Assembly (NCBI GenBank): GCA_964016885.1
Contig: OZ024762.1
Location: forward strand, 6,324,001 to 6,388,000
Length of the DNA stretch: 64,000 nucleotides
Reading direction: 5' to 3'
From: Eledone cirrhosa
Taxonomy: Eukaryota
The position numbers and the translations under genes were made by a program. Within the stretch, counting starts at the first letter, position 1; the number at the start of each line of letters is the position of its first letter. Positions 54,401-62,813 of the stretch are shown here, one piece after another. The notes beneath the pieces were generated by a model that saw only the letters and a list, made by a program, of their open reading frames with translations, did no database searches and had not been told where the DNA came from.

Positions 54401-54865
54401 CAATAATATCCACTTATGCACCCCAATCTGGCCTACTTGACATTATAAAAGACAGGTTCTATGAGTCGCTAATACTGACTATCTCCCAAATAACCGACAG
54501 TGACTACATAATTATTGCTGGTGACCTTAATGCAAGCAGGGAAAAGCGGACGTAAAATGATGATGATGATGATGATGATGATTCAACCCTTGATAGCGGG
54601 GAAAGCAGACATTGAATGATGATGGTGTTTACATTCATAATTTATTTCCTCTTTTTTTGTATCCCATATAAAACTGAATGAAATGTTTGTTGATTATCAA
54701 CAGGATTTACTCACCGGTGCAGACAGTTGTGTGACCAGCATCACATCTGACCCTTCCAATATGGCTGTGTTGGTAGCAGGATGTGGTGATGGATCAGTGC
54801 GTGTTTTTGATAGCAGACTTTCACCATCAGAATCGTAAGTATTTCTATATTTTATTTCATTCTAT

Positions 54866-54905
<40 letters not shown>

Positions 54906-57395
54906 TTAATAAATGAAACAAAACAGACACAGGAATGGAAAAATACAGTTATATTAGTTTCACGCTTGGAGGAGGGTTCAACGTTTCAGACAGAAGTCCT
55001 TCATCAGGAAAGTTCGGATAAGGAGAGAACAGGTAGGTGTATGAGTAGTGAGTGAAGGGTAGGAAAGGAAGTTAGGGAAAGTGGGTTTGGAGAAGAAAGA
55101 TATATATATGTGTGTGTGTGCTTGTGTACATTCTTCACTCTTGTTTGTTTATACTTTAACAGTTTGGTGAGGACATTCCAGGAACACACTAGCTGGGTAA
55201 TGAATGTGCACTACCAACGAGGATTGCTGAATAAGATTGTTAGTTCCAGGTAAGCACCACATTCACCTATCACCTTTAATTAACTTGAGGATGTTACATG
55301 GGTGGGTAATGGTAATATAGTCAACTCTTTCATTACCAAACCTTAGAACCATCCGTTTCCATGATAGTAAGCTCTTTATTTTAGTGTTTATCTTTATCTA
55401 AAACCCTTCCATCATTTTATGTAAGGATCTTGCTTATGTTCCAAACACCAACTTAGTTATGAGAAAGTATGTTATATTACTAAATCCCTCTAAAAATGGT
55501 AAGAACAATTTTTGTAGTGTTTATATTTACCAAAAAAAAAACTTCCAATTTTATGTCAGAATCTTTGTTAAATTGTTCCAAACACCAGTTTAATAATGAA
55601 GTTAGTTATAATACTGAATCCCTCCAAATTCTAAATTATTTTCAAAATTATTTGAAAATTATAGGCAGTGTCTTTCATTAGAAATATATTAATGAAAGGA
55701 TTAATGTATTTGTATTTATCAAAAAACTTCCCACATCAACTGAGAAAGAAACTTTTATTACTAAATTCCTCCAAATTTTAGGTTATTTTCAAAATTATTT
55801 TGAAATTATAAATCTCTCAAAATTCTTCTTTAATTAATTGAAATAGTGTTCCTATTTAAATTTAAATCTTTCAACATAATTTTTGTATAAGAATCATGTT
55901 AAGTTTGTCTTACTAATGATGTAATTATTGTAGTAAATGCTTCAAAAATCTATTAATTAATTGTAATAGAATATAACTATCATTAGAAAAATATAGTCAT
56001 GAAAGTGTTTGGCCATGACAGGGTTAAATAGTGTTTTCAAAAAGGGTAAAAAAAAAAAAGAGAAGGAAAATTGAGTTTTTTGTTGTTGTTTTTGCACAGT
56101 GTACAGTGTTGTTTCTTTAATTTTTAAATTTTATTTATTCATATACTTTTTCTAATTGTAGTTCTGCTGGTGACATACGATTTTGGGACATTCGACAGCC
56201 AGAGTCTGTTAGAAAGTTTCAGCTGCAACAAGGTTTGACTGCAATTGAGTTACACCAGTATGCTGATGTGATTGCTAGGTAACTCACCTGTCTTTCCCCT
56301 CCTTCTCTCATACACTCGTTTGGCATTCAAACAGTAATAACATAGGGTAGAGAAGATGCTTAAGTCGTGTCAAGGACATAAAAACTTCTCTGGTGCTGGT
56401 GTCATGATTAAATACACCCAGTACAAAGTGGTTGGTGTTAGGAAGGTTTTCTAGCTGTAGAAACCATGCCAAAAGGGTTAAGAGGACTCTTTAATTATAT
56501 CACAATAATGGCAGTCTTTCTAGTGCTGGTGCCACAATAAAATACACTTAGTATACTCTGTAAAGTGGTTGGTATTAGGAAAGGTATGAAGATGTAGAAA
56601 CCATTCCAAAAGTGGAACATATTGAGTGTTAGAAGGGTAGTAGCTATGATTAATGACAGTCTTAATCTGTAACAACCCATCCAAACCATACCAGTGGAAA
56701 AATGGATGCAAAATGATGATGATGATGATGAAATTGGTCAAGGGTTAGCTGATCAATTACAAAACCATCTGTTGGCTGCTAGAATGTCTTCTACAATGTC
56801 ATGGGGTTTTCTGTTACCTAACTCCTCTGGGGACAACAGCTTAATTACTGACAACTGCTCCTATCTATCTAAAGTCTGTGGCAAGCCCGGTGGTTATACC
56901 GGTTTCCTTGGCATGAAGTGACTGAAAATACAAGACTTTCCCCTGGACTGAACACTAGTCCATCGCAGGGTTTAAAGTCGAAGCCTGGTAGTTCATCAGG
57001 CCAGTGCTTAACCCGGTTTCCTTCGCGTGAAGTGACTGAGAATGCCAGACTTCCCCCTGGACAGGACACCAGTCCATCACAGGGTTCAACTCCCGGCTAT
57101 ATCTGATTTTCATTTTCAGCTGAGTGTACTGGAGCAACGTACAACACATAACCCAGTCCAGGAATCGAACCCACAACATTATGATTGTAAGTCAAACACC
57201 CTCACCATAGGCCATGTGTCACCTCCTGGAGGCATTAATAATCAGTCAACTTTTCTGTCCCCACCTCATCACGAACTCTGAAACATATACATATGTATGT
57301 TGTTACAGCTAACATCTGTGTAGGTTTAGCTGCCCCCCTACCAGGTTGTAGCATAGGTTTTTGGGGTGTTTTAATGATAGGAGCCCCAGTCCTAT

Positions 57396-57426
<31 letters not shown>

Positions 57427-60115
57427 TCTTACAGCTCACACCTATGTAGGTTTAGTTGGCTTGCCTCATAGTTGCATCTCATAGGTTTCTCAAGTGTTTT
57501 ATTGATAGGAGCCCAAGGCCTATCATACACACATCTATGTTGTTGTTACAGCTCACACTTATGTAGGTTTGGCTGCCTTCCTACAAGATTGTATGTTAGG
57601 TTTCTTGGATGTTTTAATCATATGGAACCCAGTTCTATCATGTTATAGCTCACATCTTTGTAAGTTTAGCTGGTCTCTCTTACAAGATTGCATCTTATCA
57701 GAGGTTTCTTGGGTGTTTTGATGATAGAGGCCCTAGTAATATCACACACTTATATACTCTTGCAGCTCACACCTATGTAAGTTTAGCTGGCCTCTTACAA
57801 GGTTGTATCTTATCAGAGGGTTCTTAGGTGTTTTAATGATATGGGACCCAGTTCTATCATGTTGTTACATCGCACACCTATGTAGCTTTAGCTGGCCTGC
57901 TGTAAAGTTGCATATTATCAGAAGGTTCTCGGGTGTTTTAATCATAGAGGCCCCAGCCTCATATTTTTGTTACAGTTCACACCCATGCAGATTTAGCTGG
58001 CTGTCAATGTTGCATCTTTTGAGTTTCTTGGGTGTTTTAATGATAGGGGTCCCAGTCATATCATGAAAAGCAACATGAAATGAAGCATCTTGCTCAACAA
58101 CATGTGCTGCCCAGTCAAGGAATTGGAAATATGACTTTGATTGTGAGTCCAATACCCTAGCCACTAGTACGTACCCAATCCAACCAGATGATTATTTCAT
58201 AGGGTATTAAATCATATAATTGTAATTATTAACCATATTCATAAGGGGCAGTATATTCAAGGTGCATGCCCTAGTAGTAAGGGCATTGTACAGTCATAAT
58301 GTCATGGGTTTAATTCACGTACTGGGTTGTGTGTTGTGTTCTTGAGCAAAATACTTCAATTCATGTTGTTCCAGTATACTCAGCTGAAAATGAGTACCAG
58401 TAATAACTAGTGGGTTTAACCCTGTGACTGATTGGACTCCTGTCCATGTGGAAATCTTGTACTCTCGTTGCTTAATGGCTTGGAAGCTGGGATAAGCAGC
58501 AACCTGATGAGTCTCTGGCTTAAGACAGACTTTATACTTTTTAGAATAGATTGGTAGAATCATTAAAGCTTCAGAATCATCATCATCATCATCTTCATTT
58601 AACGTCCATCTTCCACGCTAGCATGGTTAGAATAAATGATATATTTTGCTGCTTATTCAGGTTTGTTGTGTTCTAAGTTTCAAATCCTGCAGGAGGTCAC
58701 TTTGTTTTTCAGCTTTTCAGGATCATTAAAATGAAGTACATGTCAAATGCTGGGGTTGATAAAATCAACTTTCCTTTTTCCACCAAAAGTGCTGGCCTTG
58801 AATCTAAATTCAAAACTAATTAACTAATTAATTAATCACATTGTATATTATCATTGCAGTGGTTCCAATCAAGCGATAGTCATCTTCAACCATGCTGGAG
58901 AACAGCGCAGTGTTATAAAAAACCACGAGGGCTTTCTCGGCCAGAGAATCGGACCGGTCCGATGTTTGACTTTCCACCCTTATAAGGTCAGTATATCAAT
59001 AGTCTGTGTGTGTGTGTGTGTGTGTATGTGCTTGGTCTGGAAGAAGAATGGACTGTAGCCATGACCTTTACCTGAAGGGACTGTGGCCTTGACCTTTACC
59101 TGAAAGGACTGTAGCCTTGACCTTTGCATGAAGGGACGGTGGCCATGACCTTTACCTGAATGGTGTATGGCCTTGACCTTTGTGTGAAGGAACTGTAGCC
59201 TTGACTTTTGTAGGGAGGAACTGTAGCTATGACCTTTGTAGGAAAGGACTGTAGCCCTGACCTTTGTAGGAAAGGACTGTAGCCCTGACCTTTGTAGGAA
59301 AGGACTGGCCATGACCTTTATAGGAAGGGGTTGTGACTTGGATCTTTATAGGCCCTTTAAGACTGATGTTAATGCTTGTTTTTTTCTTACTCATCCCAAG
59401 CAAAGCAATAAAGCCACTAAAATACACAGAGTTACTGAAGAGGGAGAAGGACAAGACAGAGAGAACATTATATATACTAGCAGAAGACCCCCCCCCCCCC
59501 CCCGTATGTATATATATATATACACTTGTTCTCTCCGTATCCGAACCTTCCTGAAAAAGGACTTCTGTCCGAAACATTGAACTCTCCTCCACTTCCTCCA
59601 AGTGTGAACCTAATATGACTGTACTTTTGCATTCCTGTTTGTTTTGTTTTGTTTCATATTGTCTGATGCTCCACTGCCCTAATACAACAAATAATAATGG
59701 TTTCTTTATCAGCCCCACAGGGCTCCAAAACAGGATGACACAGGACAGTACAGTGTGGGGTTATTTTGTGTAAAATAACATTTCTAACATAGAAAATAAA
59801 CATTTAAAAAAAAATCAAACATAACAAAGTCCATAACTTGGAGATGAGAGAGTCACTCTAGGTAGAGCCTCTATTTCTCCGAATTGAGAGATCACAGCTC
59901 CGATACTATAGACATTGAGTGTCTAGTGTTGTCGAGTGTAGTGATCTCGAGCGTGATAGTGGAGTGGAGTGGTGGCGTTGAACTCAACCGAGCCGAGGCA
60001 TGGAGTTTAGTACTGAGTAGTAAATCTATTTTTGTGTATTTTTTTTCTTTTTCAGGTCAAACTTGCGGCGGGATGCACTGACTCTTTGGTATCCGTCTAT
60101 TCGACTGCACAGTGA
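8774..60115 (+). CDS. RPTOR: Regulatory-associated protein of mTOR (Raptor), 32 coding exons, about 1448 aa: RNC caspase-like domain, ARM/HEAT repeats, WD40 propeller
   Basis: Spliced translation gives hallmark Raptor motifs [96 protein letters not shown] and WD40 repeats; all junction phases chain without frameshift; exon lengths sum to 4347 nt. Confidence 0.97.
11030..11790 (-). mobile_element. Decayed RTE LINE 3' part
   Basis: [10 protein letters not shown]..., [18 protein letters not shown]..., QERRLH. Confidence 0.85.
12828..12930 (+). CDS. RPTOR: RPTOR coding exon 2
   Basis: tttcag|[34 protein letters not shown]|gtgagt. Confidence 0.97.
13700..15490. mobile_element. Scrambled RTE fragments (APE endonuclease, RT and tail pieces in both orientations)
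   Basis: [19 protein letters not shown] (+), [18 protein letters not shown] (-), decayed RT segment at about 14640-15000 (-). Confidence 0.6.
15497..16703 (-). mobile_element. 5'-truncated RTE LINE with complete 3' UTR and (GAT)n tail
   Basis: ORF 16047-16658 [12 protein letters not shown]...FRYLG...LHGSEIW...ERRLRWY followed by the UTR. Confidence 0.9.
17733..17893 (+). CDS. RPTOR: RPTOR coding exon 3
   Basis: ttccag|[15 protein letters not shown]...[14 protein letters not shown]...RRNAK|gtaagg. Confidence 0.97.
17940..18180. repeat. GT-rich minisatellite after exon 3
   Basis: gcagtgtag(g/t)gtgtgtg units. Confidence 0.85.
18919..18999 (+). CDS. RPTOR: RPTOR coding exon 4
   Basis: tttcag|[27 protein letters not shown]|gtaagt. 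Confidence 0.97.
19019..19155. repeat. GT-rich minisatellite after exon 4
   Basis: ggtagttggtgttgt units. Confidence 0.85.
19650..20140 (+). mobile_element. Probable LINE 5' UTR relic with an internal direct duplication and an inverted segment
   Basis: About 65 bp direct repeat (19751/19858), inverted match 19652-19697 vs 19978-20020; related pieces at 26495-26565 (-) and 33503-33637 (+). Confidence 0.45.
20310..20456 (+). CDS. RPTOR: RPTOR coding exon 5
   Basis: tttcag|[31 protein letters not shown]...EQERE|gtgagt. Confidence 0.97.
20749..20972 (+). CDS. RPTOR: RPTOR coding exon 6
   Basis: ttacag|AMMST...NCIQLAAC...[19 protein letters not shown](W)|gtaagt. Confidence 0.95.
21735..21794 (+). 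CDS. RPTOR: RPTOR coding exon 7
   Basis: atttag|[19 protein letters not shown](K)|gtgagt; phase 2-2 fits both neighbours. Confidence 0.9.
22735..22835 (+). CDS. RPTOR: RPTOR coding exon 8
   Basis: ttgtag|[33 protein letters not shown]|gtgagt. Confidence 0.97.
23623..23767 (+). CDS. RPTOR: RPTOR coding exon 9
   Basis: ttttag|[37 protein letters not shown]...HRM(W)|gtgagc. Confidence 0.97.
24045..24924 (-). mobile_element. Internally deleted Tc1/mariner (maT, DD37D-like) transposon
   Basis: 27 bp TIRs cagggtg(c/t)ggacgatatttgttcgcaa, TA on the left flank; [16 protein letters not shown]...PHFF...VKPWI, then [10 protein letters not shown] and [11 protein letters not shown] after a frameshift. 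Confidence 0.9.
25341..25521 (+). CDS. RPTOR: RPTOR coding exon 10
   Basis: gtgaag|[11 protein letters not shown]...[13 protein letters not shown]...[10 protein letters not shown]|gtaata. Confidence 0.96.
25509..26265 (+). repeat. 56/58 bp tandem array made from the exon 10 end and 5' splice site
   Basis: ttacag|gtaata at 25522, 25578, 25634, 25690, 25746, 25804, 25862, 25920, 25976, 26032, 26088, 26144, 26202, 26260. Confidence 0.95.
26700..26891 (+). mobile_element. Full-length copy of the tRNA-derived SINE
   Basis: A box TGGCAGTATCGG, B box GGTTTCAAACCC, conserved body and tail. Confidence 0.8.
27196..27279 (+). CDS. RPTOR: RPTOR coding exon 11
   Basis: ttgcag|[28 protein letters not shown]|gtaaga. 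Confidence 0.97.
28994..29104 (+). CDS. RPTOR: RPTOR coding exon 12
   Basis: catcag|[37 protein letters not shown]|gtaagt. Confidence 0.97.
29657..30365 (-). mobile_element. Non-autonomous Helitron-like element; inverted relative at about 52227-52717 (+)
   Basis: Terminal hairpin ctagcagaaaa...ttttctgctag ending CTAGT, shared AT-rich body. Confidence 0.55.
30712..30786 (+). CDS. RPTOR: RPTOR coding exon 13
   Basis: ttgtag|[25 protein letters not shown]|gtaagt. Confidence 0.96.
32035..32100 (+). CDS. RPTOR: RPTOR coding exon 14
   Basis: tcctag|[22 protein letters not shown]|gtgagt. Confidence 0.96.
32614..32712 (+). CDS. RPTOR: RPTOR coding exon 15
   Basis: tttcag|[33 protein letters not shown]|gtaagt. 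Confidence 0.96.
32727..32985. mobile_element. TTAA-flanked MITE (piggyBac-like); relatives near 37780-38280, 47200-47420, 49130-49390, 55320-55705
   Basis: ttaa-ctctttc...gaaagga-ttaa ends and shared gttccaaacaccagc body. Confidence 0.55.
33847..33939 (+). CDS. RPTOR: RPTOR coding exon 16 (GC donor)
   Basis: ttacag|[31 protein letters not shown]|gcaagc; the conserved PEVR motif requires this GC donor. Confidence 0.92.
34200..34790 (+). mobile_element. RTE LINE 3' fragment with tail
   Basis: [24 protein letters not shown]...GRPQKTW then UTR and (GAT)n. Confidence 0.85.
36189..36332 (+). CDS. RPTOR: RPTOR coding exon 17
   Basis: tttcag|[13 protein letters not shown]...DGSSLVRK|gtatat. Confidence 0.95.
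37147..37585. repeat. About 22-24 bp minisatellite abutting the exon 18 acceptor
   Basis: ttgtgacctctactgctgtga units. Confidence 0.9.
37592..37754 (+). CDS. RPTOR: RPTOR coding exon 18 (alternative in-frame donor possible at 37721)
   Basis: ttctag|[28 protein letters not shown]...PISS|gtttgt; which donor is used is uncertain. Confidence 0.85.
38541..38906 (+). repeat. 38 bp tandem array (10 units) made from the exon 19 acceptor and exon start
   Basis: ttcag ends at 38548, 38586, 38624, 38662, 38700, 38738, 38776, 38814, 38852, 38890. Confidence 0.95.
38891..38965 (+). CDS. RPTOR: RPTOR coding exon 19 (75 nt, phase 1-1, AMPK-consensus motif)
   Basis: tttcag|(D)[24 protein letters not shown]|gtaagt; open in the required phase; [10 protein letters not shown] lies where human S722 would. 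Confidence 0.8.
39010..40130 (-). mobile_element. RTE tail fragment whose internal 49-50 bp unit is amplified about 19 times (39191-40128)
   Basis: cctacacggccacattacagcgtggactgtgtgtttttttgtcttgaca units within the tail seen at 101-364. Confidence 0.9.
40378..40658 (+). CDS. RPTOR: RPTOR coding exon 20
   Basis: ttgtag|HGLSSSNS...[10 protein letters not shown]...[34 protein letters not shown]|gtacgt; [10 protein letters not shown] resembles the human S792 AMPK site. Confidence 0.93.
40695..42478. repeat. 26 bp G/T-rich minisatellite (about 60 units)
   Basis: ggtgatggtagtgttgttgtggtagg units. Confidence 0.95.
42696..42960 (+). mobile_element. RTE tail copy nearly identical to 101-364 (inverted)
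   Basis: About 2 visible mismatches over 260 nt. Confidence 0.85.
43280..45045 (+). mobile_element. Decayed RTE LINE (RT domain to 3' UTR)
   Basis: [39 protein letters not shown], Cys/His finger, [18 protein letters not shown] with stops and frameshifts. Confidence 0.92.
45050..45303 (+). mobile_element. Rearranged mariner relic / MITE
   Basis: 33 bp inverted repeats 45130-45162 and 45271-45303 enclosing [11 protein letters not shown]...[17 protein letters not shown]; N-terminal piece [17 protein letters not shown] lies just outside. Confidence 0.7.
45411..45537. repeat. (CAT/CAC)n microsatellite
   Basis: Direct reading. Confidence 0.95.
45735..46262. repeat. 21 bp minisatellite containing CCCTAA, upstream of exon 21
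   Basis: tatcaaccctaacaaccttg(t/c) units. Confidence 0.95.
46422..46522 (+). CDS. RPTOR: RPTOR coding exon 21
   Basis: tttcag|ATEPLTK...[11 protein letters not shown]...MR|gtaagt; QSAPSSP resembles human QSAPASP (S859/S863). Confidence 0.9.
46885..47220. repeat. 35 bp minisatellite derived from a MITE end
   Basis: ctaggatactaaactatttgataccacccctggtt units continuing into the MITE body. Confidence 0.85.
48264..48735 (+). CDS. RPTOR: RPTOR coding exon 22
   Basis: ttccag|HSADMPDS...QQQQQQ...[15 protein letters not shown]|gtgagt; phase fits exon 21. Confidence 0.88.
48784..48977. mobile_element. Palindromic short element, copy 3 of 3, about 50 nt after the exon 22 donor
   Basis: Same arms and tail, flanked by (TA)n. 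Confidence 0.8.
49490..49703 (+). CDS. RPTOR: RPTOR coding exon 23
   Basis: tgatag|VDDKKDE...[14 protein letters not shown]...ERDYRFQRN...FKA|gtgagt. Confidence 0.92.
49805..50212. repeat. Composite 22/24 bp minisatellite abutting the exon 24 acceptor
   Basis: tttcactgttatcatggctat and tttcactgatctccccttgagcc units. Confidence 0.9.
50234..50348 (+). CDS. RPTOR: RPTOR coding exon 24
   Basis: tttcag|[37 protein letters not shown]|gtaagg. Confidence 0.95.
51031..51155 (+). CDS. RPTOR: RPTOR coding exon 25
   Basis: ctgcag|IWDWEQG...[20 protein letters not shown]|gtaaga. Confidence 0.95.
52796..52897 (+). CDS. RPTOR: RPTOR coding exon 26
   Basis: gttcag|[11 protein letters not shown]...[16 protein letters not shown]|gtaggt. 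Confidence 0.95.
52960..53200. repeat. About 50-57 bp tandem copies of a MITE terminus
   Basis: taggcagtgtatttcattaaaaatatagtagtgaaaggattaa units. Confidence 0.75.
53260..53366 (+). CDS. RPTOR: RPTOR coding exon 27
   Basis: ttgtag|[10 protein letters not shown]...[18 protein letters not shown]|gtaagc. Confidence 0.96.
54298..54580 (+). mobile_element. RTE APE-endonuclease fragment fused directly to the (GAT)n tail
   Basis: [20 protein letters not shown]...ISTYAPQSG...IIAGDLN then gcaagcagggaaaagcggacgtaaaa(tga)n. Confidence 0.8.
54704..54834 (+). CDS. RPTOR: RPTOR coding exon 28
   Basis: caacag|[13 protein letters not shown]...[20 protein letters not shown]|gtaagt. Confidence 0.96.
55163..55249 (+). 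CDS. RPTOR: RPTOR coding exon 29
   Basis: taacag|[28 protein letters not shown]|gtaagc. Confidence 0.94.
56162..56278 (+). CDS. RPTOR: RPTOR coding exon 30
   Basis: ttgtag|[16 protein letters not shown]...[15 protein letters not shown]|gtaact. Confidence 0.95.
57290..58065. repeat. Diverged tandem repeat of about 110-125 bp (about 7 units)
   Basis: ttacagctcacacctatgtaggtttagctgg...gggtgttttaatgatagg repeated. Confidence 0.85.
58860..58986 (+). CDS. RPTOR: RPTOR coding exon 31
   Basis: ttgcag|[10 protein letters not shown]...[21 protein letters not shown]|gtcagt. Confidence 0.96.
59050..59345. repeat. About 26 bp minisatellite after exon 31
   Basis: aaggactgtagccttgacctttgt units. Confidence 0.85.
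60056..60115 (+). CDS. RPTOR: RPTOR last coding exon 32
   Basis: tttcag|[22 protein letters not shown]. Confidence 0.95.
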   Translation, partial: VKLAAGCTDSLVSVYSTAQ

Positions 60116-60369
60116 GGTTGTACAACCTTATGCAGTTTAGCAGTTGTGCATGTATGCAGCAGCAGCTGCTCTACAAGTGCAGATGACACTGTAAATTTTC
60201 AGCAGCAAAGGTTGCAGGTTCGAGACATTGGAAGGTTGTTGGAGACAAGGTGCTATTTTGCAGAATGTATGGTGTTTGGAAGGAAAAAACATGAGAGAAA
60301 AAATTATAAAAAAACAATAAGGAAAAAAAACCGAAGAACCCCAAAATACAAAAAAAGACAACATAAACA

Positions 60370-60415
60370 AATAAATAAATAATTGAATATTTTAAACAAA
60401 CCTAAAGGTAATAAA
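60370..60415 (+). terminator. Candidate polyadenylation signals of RPTOR
   Basis: AATAAA at 60370, 60374 and 60410 with T-rich sequence downstream; AT-rich context lowers specificity. Confidence 0.4.
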
Positions 60416-60575
60416 ACATTTTATTGAAGAAATATTTTTTTTTAAGTGTCTGGAAATAGTGGGAGTTGAACCCTAGATTTTAAGGATTAAATCGGAGAGG
60501 ACTAATAGAGGAAGGGGAAATATACACATACATATATATAATACAGTAGTCTAAGACATACATACACTCACACAC

Positions 60576-60610
<35 letters not shown>

Positions 60611-62018
60611 CATACATACATACATACATATATAATACAGTAGTCTAATATACACATGCATACATATATACACACGAGTGTATGTATATATATATATATA
60701 GAGAGAGAAAAGATTAAGTTGGAAATAGCACAGGAGATATATTTAAGGGTCTGTTTTTCTCTTTTTGATTCGTCAAAGTGACATTGAATTGGCAGTATCG
60801 GTAGAGGGTTGGACACCATGCTTTCTAGCACAGTTATGTCCCTTTACAGTCTGAGTTCAAATCCTGTTGAGGTTAACTTTACCTTTCATCCTTACGGGGG
60901 TCGATAAAAAAGTACCAGTAATGTACTGGGTAATTGCTGGCCTTGTGCCAAAAGTAGAAACAATTATTGAAAAGATAATATTATTAAAAGAGGGACAATT
61001 CTTTTAAAAAATTTTTTTTATAAAGTATATGAAGAAATTACCGGTTTTGATGTATTAAAATCCATCTTGTCAAATGTAGTTTAAAAAATCAAAAAGAGTT
61101 GATAGGAGTAAAAAAAAGGTTTAAAATTAAAATCAAAATGGAATGTTTGAATAATTTTTCTTCCATCCTGCTTGTTGAGAGGTTGGGTGGATTGAGAACA
61201 GTAGTTTAATCTAGTGGACAATAGTTGAAAAGGGGATAGGGGTTTGTAAGAGCTGAATTCTGTAGTAGGCAGGTATGTGTACATACATACATACATACAC
61301 ACACACATGTATAGAGAGAGAGTGTGAGGGTGTATATACAACAGTACACACATGTGAATGTGTGCATATATGCATGCATAAACATGTGTGTGTGTATGTA
61401 TGGGGGTTGTTGTATGTGTCTTTTTCAGCCTGTCTGTCAAAGTTACCTTTGTGGAGGGGAACTAAGAAAAAATTCTTTTCTCTCCAAAATTTAGAAAATT
61501 GTCAAAAGTTAAGAACTAAAATCCAAAAGATTTCCAGAATCCCAAAATTTAAAAATTAAAGAAGTTAAAGTTAAGAAAACTCTTCCAAAAAACTTCAAAA
61601 AATACTTTTCAAAATAAACTTTCAAAAAATTTTTTTTTTCAAATCATTCTTTAAAAAAAATTTTTTTAAATCCTAAAAAATCTTTTCAAAACAAGACACA
61701 GTGCGTGTATATATAAATGAATAAATAAATAAATAAATAAATAAATACATACACACACAGAGGGAATCAAGTAACATTTTTTCTACAAACCGGTAATTTC
61801 TTCATATACTTTATATATTTCATAAAAAAATTTTTTTTAAAGAATTGTCCCTCTCTTTTTTTAATGACACTATCTTTTCAATAATGTCACTTTGATGAAT
61901 CAGAAAAGAAAAACAGACCCTTAAATATATCTCCCGTGCTATTTCCAACGTCATCTTTTCTCTATATCCACTGTTTTGTATAGAATCCCTACTTCCCTTT
62001 TCTAATAAATATATATAT

Positions 62019-62239
62019 AGTAATAATAAATATGAAGACTAAAATCCAAAGAGGGCTCGATAAGGATAAATATATATCAAATATATAAGAATCCTAGAGC
62101 AAATATTTATTAAAATAACAGATTAAAGTTTAAGCAAAGAATCGCTGCTTTCACCCTTAACGGGATCTTCTGAAGATCCTGTTATGGGTGAAAGCAGCCA
62201 TTCTTTGCTTAAACTTTAATCTGTTATTTTAATAAATAT
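62019..62239. mobile_element. Short element ending in a 137 bp palindrome; collapsed relative at about 6165-6270
   Basis: Arms 62103-62170 and 62172-62239; shared gaagactaaaatccaaagagggct...ctagagcaaatatttatta body. Confidence 0.75.
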
Positions 62240-62389
62240 ATATATATATATATATATAATACACTAGTCCAATATACACATACATACATGCATAAACAGA
62301 TATGCACACACACACACATATGGAGGTATAAATTCAAACTGTATTTATGTTCTATTTTCTGCTTTTTTAGACTTTTTATCTCTCTCCAC

Positions 62390-62685
62390 ACACTGTCACC
62401 TCCTTCCCCACCCACTGTCACCTCCTTCCCCACCCACTGTCACCTCCTTCCCCACCCACTGTCACTTCCTTCCCCACCCACTGACACCTCCTTCCCCACC
62501 CACTGTCACTTCCTTCCCCACCCACTGCCACCGCCTTCTCCAACCACCACCAGCAGAACCCACTGTTCTAAGCATTCAGACCAGGTCCTTACTTCCTCTC
62601 CACTAGTCTTGGAAGGTATGAAAAAAGCTCTGGGCCTGTACACTCATTAAAATAAAAAAAAATAAAAAATATATGAACCATCTGT

Positions 62686-62749
<64 letters not shown>

Positions 62750-62756
62750 CCTCTAC

Positions 62757-62813
<57 letters not shown>

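Noticed and set aside
58500-58535. CTGATGA at SINE 3' ends (also 56993-56999 minus)
   Set aside because: Part of the SINE tail stem-loop; GAAA and stems I/III are not consistent across copies
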